Assembly: GCA_024276735.1 (NCBI GenBank)
Contig: JAJRWQ010000068.1
Coordinates: 1-52,189 of the forward strand
Origin: Actinomycetes bacterium
GTDB taxonomy: Bacteria; Actinomycetota; Thermoleophilia; BMS3ABIN01
DNA: 52,189 nt
Reading direction: 5' to 3'
The notes beneath the pieces are model-generated. The model did not search any database, was not told where the DNA came from, and saw only the letters and a program-made list of their open reading frames with translations. The position numbers and the translations under genes were made by a program. The stretch's first letter is position 1. Every line of letters begins with the position of its first letter. Positions 42,431 through 52,189 of the stretch are shown here, in pieces.

Positions 42431-42859
42431 TCATTCCTCCCCGGCCACTTTCAGCCTGTTCAGCGCCCGCCGCATGGAATTGCGGGCACGGTTGACGTCG
42501 ATGCCCGACTCGCCGCTGCTGGCCTTATCGAGCCATTTCCGGGCACGTTCGAGCGCCCTACGGGAACGTTCGACGTCGATTTCGGAAGCCCTCTCGGCGG
42601 TATCCACCGTGAGCAGCAAGCGGTCGTACTGAACCTTAAGGTACCCGTCTCCCACGGCGAAGCGCTGGTGACCGCCGTCGAGGTCCGTCACCATCACCTT
42701 GCCGACGACCGTCCGCGAGACGATGGGTGCGTGGCGGGGCAGGATGCCCAGCTCGCCCACGGCACCGGGTACCACCACCATGGAGGCGCAATCATCGAAG
42801 ACCATCCCCTCGGGGGTGACGATCTCGCACTTGAGTCTGCATTTTTCCTCAGGCGCCAT
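42431..42859 (-). CDS. atpC: ATP synthase F1 epsilon subunit
   Basis: EIVTPE, GELGILPRHAP, EIDVER; operon position. Confidence 0.95.
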   Translation of the reverse strand: MAPEEKCRLKCEIVTPEGMVFDDCASMVVVPGAVGELGILPRHAPIVSRTVVGKVMVTDLDGGHQRFAVGDGYLKVQYDRLLLTVDTAERASEIDVERSRRALERARKWLDKASSGESGIDVNRARNSMRRALNRLKVAGEE

Positions 42860-42897
42860 CCCTCATCTTCCTCCCGGAATGCCGGCCGTCACCGGCC

Positions 42898-44472
<1,575 letters not shown>

Positions 44473-45363
44473 TCATGCCAGCGCCTCCGCACCGGCCACC
44501 ACTTCCAGGATCTCCTGGGTGATGGCCGCCTGCCGCGCCCGGTTCATCATCAGCGTCAGGTGCTCGATCATCTCCTCGGCGTTCTCGGAGGCGTTGCGCA
44601 TCGCCGTCATGCGGGCGCCGTGCTCGCTGGCGGTCGACTCCAGGAGCGCCCGGTAGATGGCGGTCTCGGCGTAGGTGGGCAGCAGGTTCCGCAGGATCTC
44701 GGTGGCGCTGGGCTCGTAGATGAACTCGCCGCCCATCGCCCCCTCTTCCTCGGCCTGGGCGATGACGTCCGCCACCTCGTCGCCCAGCGGCAGCACCACC
44801 TGCTCGGGGACGATCTGCTCCATGGGGCTCTTGAAATGGTTGTAGACCAGGTGCACCCGGTCCAGCTCGTGGTTCTCGTACATGCGCACGATGTGCTGGG
44901 CGATGCCGGCGGCATCGGTGTACTTGGGCCTGTCGGTGATGCCCTCGATGGCCTCGGCCAGGGTATGGCCGCGGAAGCGCAGCGCCGAGACGCCCTTGCG
45001 GCCGATGACGATCCACACCGGCTCCTTGCCCTCGGACTTCACCTGCTCGTAGAGCTCCATGCCCCGCTTGAGGATGTTGGCGTTGAAGGCGCCGGCGAGG
45101 CCGCGGTCCCCGGTGAGCATGACGATGCCCACCCGCTTTTCCTCCTCGTGGACCTGCAGCAGGGGGAACTGCTCGCCGGTGTCGGCGTGGCGCGCCACCT
45201 CCTGCATCAGCTCGATCATGCGCTCGGCGTAAGGCCTCAGTGCCTCGATGCGCGCCTGGGCACGGCGCAGGCGGGCGCCGGCCACCATCTCCATCGCCCT
45301 GGTGGTCTTGTGGGTGTTGGTGACGGAGGCTATCCGCCGGGCTATGTCCTGCAGCTGGGCCAT
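44473..45363 (-). CDS. atpG: ATP synthase F1 gamma subunit
   Basis: TRAMEMVA, DRGLAGAFN, SEHGARMTAM, RARQAAITQEI. Confidence 0.98.
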   Translation of the reverse strand: MAQLQDIARRIASVTNTHKTTRAMEMVAGARLRRAQARIEALRPYAERMIELMQEVARHADTGEQFPLLQVHEEEKRVGIVMLTGDRGLAGAFNANILKRGMELYEQVKSEGKEPVWIVIGRKGVSALRFRGHTLAEAIEGITDRPKYTDAAGIAQHIVRMYENHELDRVHLVYNHFKSPMEQIVPEQVVLPLGDEVADVIAQAEEEGAMGGEFIYEPSATEILRNLLPTYAETAIYRALLESTASEHGARMTAMRNASENAEEMIEHLTLMMNRARQAAITQEILEVVAGAEALA

Positions 45364-45390
45364 CTGTCAGTACCTGCTCGCCTTTCCCCC

Positions 45391-46933
<1,543 letters not shown>

Positions 46934-46950
<17 letters not shown>

Positions 46951-47506
46951 AGCTATCCTCACTCCCTATCTTCGCCTGGGCGAGCCTGGCGCGCAGCTGC
47001 TCCAGTTTCGCCCGCAGGCTCCCGTCCACGATTATGGCTCCGAACCTTAGCACCAGTCCGCCGATGATGTCTTCACGCACCGATTCCTTCATCTCCACCT
47101 GCTTGCTGGTGGCCTGCTCGATGCGCTTGCGGATGCCCTCCCTGGTCTTCTCGTCCAGTTCCACTGCCGAGGTGACTTCCACCTCGATCACTCCCTGCTG
47201 CTCCCGGAACAGCTCCTGGAAGCGTTCGTTGACCTCGGGGACGAGATCCGCATGCAGCTTGTCGATCAGCAGCTTGAGACCGTTGACGAAGATCTCGTCG
47301 CCGCCCTCGGTGAGCTCGGCGACGATCTTCTTCTTCACGGCCGAGTCCACCTGCGGGTTGCGCATCACCGCGGTGAGCTCCTTCGACGCGCGCATGGCCT
47401 CGGCAAACGCCGCCAGGTCCGCCGCGGTGGACTCCAGGGTCCCCGCGTCCTCGGCGGCCTCGAAGAGCGCCCGCGCGTAGACGGCTGCTATCTCGGACTC
47501 GGCCAA
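46934..47506 (-). CDS. atpH: ATP synthase F1 delta subunit
   Basis: [22 protein letters not shown]...IVDGSLR; TTG start at 47506. Confidence 0.95.
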
Positions 47507-47508
47507 GT

Positions 47509-48015
47509 TCAGTCGCCTCCGGAAGCCAGCTCGTCGAAGTCGACCTCTGCCAGCGCCTCGTTCACCAGCTGCAGATGGTCCTCGCGGTCGATGCTCTTGG
47601 AGGCCACCTTCCCCGCCGCCAGGATTGCCAGCTCGGCGATCTCGTCCTTGAGCTCCTGGATCGCCTTGCGCGTCTCCCGCTCCACCTGCTTGCGGGCGTC
47701 CTCGACTTCCTTGTGGGCCTGCTGCCGGGCCTCCTCGACGATCTCGGCCTTGGTGGACTCGCCCACCTTGTGGGCGCGCTCGATGATCTCCTCGGCCTCG
47801 CGCTTGGCGTTGGCGATGCTCTCGCGGTATTCCGCCAGCAGCCGCTCCGCCTCGCGGCGGGTCTCCTCCGCGGCCTCGATGCTCTCGGCAATGGCCTGGC
47901 GCCGCTGGTCGATCATGTTCTGGATGGGACCGAAGGCAAACTTCTTGAGCACCAGAAGCACGATCACGAACGTGATCACGGTCCAAATCATCAATCCAGG
48001 TACGATATCTAGCAT
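47509..48015 (-). CDS. atpF: ATP synthase Fo subunit b
   Basis: N-terminal TM, LKKFAFGPI...R, long coiled coil. Confidence 0.96.
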   Translation of the reverse strand: MLDIVPGLMIWTVITFVIVLLVLKKFAFGPIQNMIDQRRQAIAESIEAAEETRREAERLLAEYRESIANAKREAEEIIERAHKVGESTKAEIVEEARQQAHKEVEDARKQVERETRKAIQELKDEIAELAILAAGKVASKSIDREDHLQLVNEALAEVDFDELASGGD

Positions 48016-48108
48016 GTCTTCTTGGTTAGCACCTCCCGTAGACCGCCGGGGCGGTAACGTCTGCCGCGGCGGCCCGGCCGGACCGCCCGCGGGTGCTTCG
48101 CCACCTGC

Positions 48109-48393
<285 letters not shown>

Positions 48394-48433
48394 TCAGCAG
48401 GCGCCCGGAGTCCGGGGTCCAGCATCCGCTTTG

Positions 48434-49273
48434 CTAGTGTTCCTGGTGGATCGCGCCACCAATATAGACAGCCGACAGGATGGCGAAGATGAACGCCTGG
48501 ATGCCGGCCACGAATATCTCGAACAGGCTCACTGCCACTACTCCCGCCTCGATGAACAGCGCCATGAAGGCCAGCTCGATCGAAAGCATGAAGATCAACG
48601 AGTAAAAGACGAGGATGACGATGTGCCCCGCCAGCATGTTTGCCCAGAGTCGTACCGAGAGCGAAACCACCTTGAAAATCTCGCTGAAGCCGTGAAGGAT
48701 GAACAGCAGCGGCTTCATTACCAGCGGCGCCGTCGTGGGCACCCAGTTCTTGAAGTACCTGAAGGCGCCGTTATGCTTGATCCCCGAGTAATGGGTGAGC
48801 ACGAAGGTCATCAGCGCCAGGGTCACCGTCACGTTGAGGTTGGAGGTGGCGGCGTAGGTCTTGAACTCGGGCAGGTTCTTGGCCCAGCCCTCGTCGATGA
48901 GCGAGAGGGGAAGGGGCACCAGCCCGATGAGGTTGTTGAAGAGAATGAAGGTGAAGAGCGTGGCAATGTACGGGAACCAGGTCTTGATCACCTCCGCAGG
49001 CATGGCCGCGCCCACCAGCCCGTCGCGAATGAACTCGTAGAAGGACTCGATGATCACCTGCTTGCGGTCGGGCATCAGCTTGGCCACCCGCGCCAGGCCC
49101 ACGAACAGTACCACCACCAGCGCCGCGGCGATCCAGAGGTAGAGCACCACCGTGGTGATGGACATGTCGATGGGACCCACGTGGAAGCTGAGCTCGTGGC
49201 CGCCGATGCTGATGGGGTGTACGGCGTGCTCGAATTCGTCCGCCGGGTTGAGGTTTCCGCCCTCCGCGCTCAT
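48434..49273 (-). CDS. atpB: ATP synthase Fo subunit a
   Basis: FNNLIGLVP, ATSNLN, SLSVRLWANMLAGH, IQAFIF. Confidence 0.97.
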   Translation of the reverse strand: MSAEGGNLNPADEFEHAVHPISIGGHELSFHVGPIDMSITTVVLYLWIAAALVVVLFVGLARVAKLMPDRKQVIIESFYEFIRDGLVGAAMPAEVIKTWFPYIATLFTFILFNNLIGLVPLPLSLIDEGWAKNLPEFKTYAATSNLNVTVTLALMTFVLTHYSGIKHNGAFRYFKNWVPTTAPLVMKPLLFILHGFSEIFKVVSLSVRLWANMLAGHIVILVFYSLIFMLSIELAFMALFIEAGVVAVSLFEIFVAGIQAFIFAILSAVYIGGAIHQEH

Positions 49274-49650
49274 GCCTCACCTCCCTGCGCCGTGGAATCA
49301 CCCTTGCTGCTGCGAAGATTGACCGCCGTCTCCAGGGCGAAGAACAGGGTATAGATCACCAGGAAGCTCACCGCCGTCATCACCAGGCGGTCGGGCCACA
49401 CCAGCGCCACCGCCACCAGCGATGCCCCCAGCAACACGAAGCGCAGGAGGAAGCTCACCACCGCCAGGCCGGCGGCCGCACCCGTTCCCAGCCGGGTCAT
49501 GCCCTTGAGGAAGAGCAGCGACGCGGCATAGTTGAAGAGAAACAGGCCCGACGCCAGCAGCCAGGGCACCAACAGCGGCCGGTAGAGGATGCCGGCCAGC
49601 ATGCCGGATGCGAGCAACAACATCATTACTGTCGTAATCTTGCCGCTGAT
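49270..49650 (-). CDS. ATP synthase protein I-like membrane protein
   Basis: Four hydrophobic segments with an LLRF motif, directly upstream of atpB; start ATC 49650 (after AGGAAGG) or ATG 49626. Confidence 0.7.
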   Translation of the reverse strand: MSGKITTVMMLLLASGMLAGILYRPLLVPWLLASGLFLFNYAASLLFLKGMTRLGTGAAAGLAVVSFLLRFVLLGASLVAVALVWPDRLVMTAVSFLVIYTLFFALETAVNLRSSKGDSTAQGGEA

Positions 49651-49684
49651 GGCAGCCTTCCTTTCGCCTCTCGAGGCATCTACC

Positions 49685-49897
49685 CTACATGCGCTTGTAC
49701 ACACCGTAGAGGCCCAACGCGAACCCCGCGAAGATGCCCACTATCAGGAAGAGCGGGACGGTGCCGACCAGGTAGTCGATGCCAAACCCGCAAGCGGTGC
49801 CTAAAAAAACCCCTCCGAGCAGATAGAAAGTTATCCACTCCCATCCAGAGGAGCTTCTCCCCCACCCGATTTTCTTTCCTGCCTTCTTGTCAGGCAA
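49685..49897 (-). CDS. AtpZ/AtpI (ATPase gene 1) family protein
   Basis: G...G..ID...GT.PLFLIVG...G..G pattern; first gene of the atp operon. Confidence 0.8.
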   Translation of the reverse strand: MPDKKAGKKIGWGRSSSGWEWITFYLLGGVFLGTACGFGIDYLVGTVPLFLIVGIFAGFALGLYGVYKRM

Positions 49898-49912
49898 ATT
49901 AAAAACCGCGTC

Positions 49913-49941
49913 AGTATATCATGCTCTCTTCGCGGCGTAAA
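49913..49941 (-). promoter_or_regulatory. sigma70-type promoter of the atp operon
   Basis: On the minus strand: TTTACG, 17 nt spacer, TATACT with a TGn extension. Confidence 0.6.
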
Positions 49942-49966
49942 GAGCCCCCCGGGGTATGCGCAAATA

Positions 49967-51037
49967 CTATCGCAAACGGGCGCTCCGACGCGTGCGAATC
50001 TTTAATATCTCCAGTAAGTAAACCAGATAGAGGCTGGTGGCGATCACCACCACGGTGAGGATCACGGTCACGAAACGGGGAGCGAAGCGCATGGAGAGCG
50101 CCAGCGAGCTGGTGAGCAGGCACCAGCCGTAGAGCACCAGCACCGCCTCCTTCTGGGAGAAGCCGATGTTGAAGAGGCGATGGTGCAGGTGGCCCCGGTC
50201 GGGCTGGAAGATGGAGCGCTTGTTCTTGGCCCGCCTGAGAATGGCGAGCGCCAGGTCGAAGATGGGGATGCCCAGGATCAGCAGCGGCAGGATCAGGGTG
50301 ACGGTGGCCACGCTCTTGAGCACGCCGCCCACGGTCACCGCCGCCATCACGAAGCCCAGGAGCATGGAGCCGGAATCGCCCATGAAGATCGAGGCCGGGT
50401 GGAAGTTGTAGCGCAGGAAGCCGGTGGTGGTGCCGGCGAGCACCGCCGCCAGGATGGCCGCCTCCGAGCGCCCCAGGGAGATGGCGATGATGGAGAAGGT
50501 GACGGCGGCGATGGTGGCCACGCCGGCGGCCAGCCCGTCCATGCCGTCGATGAAGTTGAAGATGTTCACCAGCACCACCACCCAGAGCAGCGTCAGCAGT
50601 ACCGCCAATGCCGGCGCCAGCTCCACGGTGCCCAAGAAGGGCAGGGTGAGGTAGTCGATGCGGATGCCGTAGTAGACCAGGAAGCCGGCGGCGATGAACT
50701 GGCCGGTGAACTTCACCAGCGGCCCCGTGCCCCGGAAATCGTCCACGGCGCCGAAGAGGGTCACCACCGTGGCCCCCAGCAGCACTCCCTTCATCTGGTT
50801 GGTGAGCGGCAGGAAGAGCAGCGCCGGGATGATGAAGCCGAAGTAGATGGCCAGGCCTCCCAGGCGCGGCACCGGGTCCTCGTGGATCTTGCGCCGGTCG
50901 GGCTCGTCCATGGCGCCCACGCGGCGGGCGATGTTGGTCACCGTGGGGGTGATGAAGAGCACGATCACCGCCGCCAGCACGAAGGCGAAGACGGCGGCGG
51001 CCTCGTCGCGGACGAAGAATTCGATCAGGGTGCCCAT
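49967..51037 (-). CDS. undecaprenyl-phosphate GlcNAc-1-phosphate transferase (WecA/TagO family)
   Basis: RKIH..PVPRLGGLA, GAVDD, NFIDGMDGLA, NFHPASIFMGDSGS, DRGHLHHRL. Confidence 0.92.
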   Translation of the reverse strand: MGTLIEFFVRDEAAAVFAFVLAAVIVLFITPTVTNIARRVGAMDEPDRRKIHEDPVPRLGGLAIYFGFIIPALLFLPLTNQMKGVLLGATVVTLFGAVDDFRGTGPLVKFTGQFIAAGFLVYYGIRIDYLTLPFLGTVELAPALAVLLTLLWVVVLVNIFNFIDGMDGLAAGVATIAAVTFSIIAISLGRSEAAILAAVLAGTTTGFLRYNFHPASIFMGDSGSMLLGFVMAAVTVGGVLKSVATVTLILPLLILGIPIFDLALAILRRAKNKRSIFQPDRGHLHHRLFNIGFSQKEAVLVLYGWCLLTSSLALSMRFAPRFVTVILTVVVIATSLYLVYLLEILKIRTRRSARLR

Positions 51038-51044
51038 GCCCGTC

Positions 51045-51545
51045 TCAGACCTCCATGCGATGCAGCTCCACGCCCGCCTCGTCCAGCAGCGACGACGCCA
51101 GCTCGTCCGGGTACCCCTCGTCGAAGTAGACGGCGACGATGCCGGCGTTGATGATCATCTTGGCACAGAGGGAACAGGGCTGGTGCGTGCAGTAGATGGA
51201 TGCGCCCTCGATCTTCACCCCGTGCAGCGCCGCCTGGGCGATGGCGTTCTGCTCCGCGTGCAGCGCCCGGCAGAGCTCGTGCCGCTCGCCGGAGGGCACG
51301 CCCAGCTGCTCGCGCAGGCAGCCCACGTCGATGCAGTGGCGAATGCCCCGGGGAGCGCCGTTGTAGCCGGTGGCCAGGATGCGCTTCTCCTTCACCAGCA
51401 CCGCCCCCACCTGCCGGCGCAGGCAGGTGGAACGCGTCGCCACCTGGCGGGCGATCTGGAAGAAGTACTCGTCCCAGGAGGGTCGCGAAGGGTGTTGCGG
51501 CGGGACCGACAGCAGGGATTCCTCTTTCTGGTGGTCGCGGCTCAT
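51045..51545 (-). CDS. dCMP/cytidine deaminase family protein (ComEB-like)
   Basis: [35 protein letters not shown]. Confidence 0.93.
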   Translation of the reverse strand: MSRDHQKEESLLSVPPQHPSRPSWDEYFFQIARQVATRSTCLRRQVGAVLVKEKRILATGYNGAPRGIRHCIDVGCLREQLGVPSGERHELCRALHAEQNAIAQAALHGVKIEGASIYCTHQPCSLCAKMIINAGIVAVYFDEGYPDELASSLLDEAGVELHRMEV

Positions 51546-51609
51546 GACCATCCCCGTCGTTGCTTGCGTTACCCTAGGTTAGACGCAAGGAGGCGGGTTT
51601 GCAAGAAAG

Positions 51610-52053
51610 CGGATGCTGGATTCTGGATGCTGGACACTGGACCAAATCGCTCGGGTCTCGTTGTGGGAACGGGAGTTGGGGGTTTTATCCAAAGTCCACC
51701 ATCCACCATCCACCATCCAACTCAGACCCTGCCCCTGGACAGTGGATCTGGATTCCGGATGCTGGATTCTGGATGCTGGATGTTGGACTCTGGATGCTGG
51801 ACCAAATCGCTCGGGTCTCGTTGTGGGAACGGGAGTTGGGGGTTTTATCCAAAGTCCACCATCCACCATCCACCATCCAACTCAGACCCTGCCCCTGGAC
51901 AGTGGGTCTGGATTCCGGATGCTGGATTCTGGACTCTGGATGCTGGACCAAAACGTTCGTGTCTTCGTGTGGAAACGAGAGTAGAAGGTTTTATCCAGCG
52001 TCCAGCGTCCAGCGTCCAGCGTCCAGAGTCCAGAGTCTGTTGTTATCCAGCGT
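51610..52053. repeat. mosaic tandem array of three heptamer-flanked palindromic elements (periods 160 and 146 bp)
   Basis: Units 1 and 2 have identical cores (51642-51687, 51802-51847); unit 3 is diverged (51948-51993). Cores are flanked by TGGAnnC and TCCAnnn arrays, and units are separated by a CAGACCC...GG(G/A)TCTG linker hairpin. Confidence 0.92.
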
Positions 52054-52188
52054 CTAGAATCCGGTCCCCACCACCTCGTTGAAGTAATCGTAGTAGAGCA
52101 CCCGCTGGGAGGCGATCACCTGGCGGCGGTCGGCGGGATTGGACCAGCTGCCGCTCTGGACGTAGGCCTTCACCTCCACCGGGCCGCC
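52054..52188 (-). CDS. 3' end of an unidentified protein (possibly a secreted repeat-domain protein)
   Basis: Open frame GGPVEVKAYVQSGSWSNPADRRQVIASQRVLYYDYFNEVVGTGF* with high-GC3 codons; truncated by the window edge. Confidence 0.7.
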   Translation of the reverse strand, partial: GGPVEVKAYVQSGSWSNPADRRQVIASQRVLYYDYFNEVVGTGF

Positions 52189-52189
52189 G

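Noticed and set aside
51610-52053. Possible CRISPR array
   Set aside because: The putative spacers are identical or homologous, the repeats are variable heptamer runs, and no cas genes are in the window.
51579-52057. ORFs with LDAGCW/HPPST repeats
   Set aside because: Translations of the heptamer repeat, open in several frames; not credible proteins.

Overview
GC-rich bacterial chromosomal segment. Gene content suggests Actinomycetota, possibly a Thermoleophilia-like anaerobe/MAG (inference). Most of it is housekeeping: partial ilvD, secDF/yajC, tgt/queA/queH, ruvCAB/yebC, pdxST, a GuaB3-type IMPDH, nfo, lepB, nadD, proBA, murA, a complete F1Fo ATP synthase operon, a wecA-like gene and a dCMP deaminase. 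Five things stand out. (1) A ~10 kb cluster (26.3-36.4 kb) combines a corrinoid module (ASKHA activator with an in-frame TAG, corrinoid protein, MtaA/CmuA-type methyltransferase) with two B12-dependent radical SAM enzymes, a third radical SAM, a GT2 and a GT-C glycosyltransferase. (2) A hybrid histidine kinase has a CXXCH heme-type sensor and a degenerate GGDEF domain that keeps its I-site. (3) A dispersed palindromic element of inverted heptamer arrays around a fixed 46-nt core occurs at 21.3 kb and three times at 51.6-52.0 kb. (4) Several genes appear to need ATC/CTG start codons. (5) Two single-base frameshifts may be sequencing errors. No rRNA, tRNA, CRISPR array or transposase was recognised.
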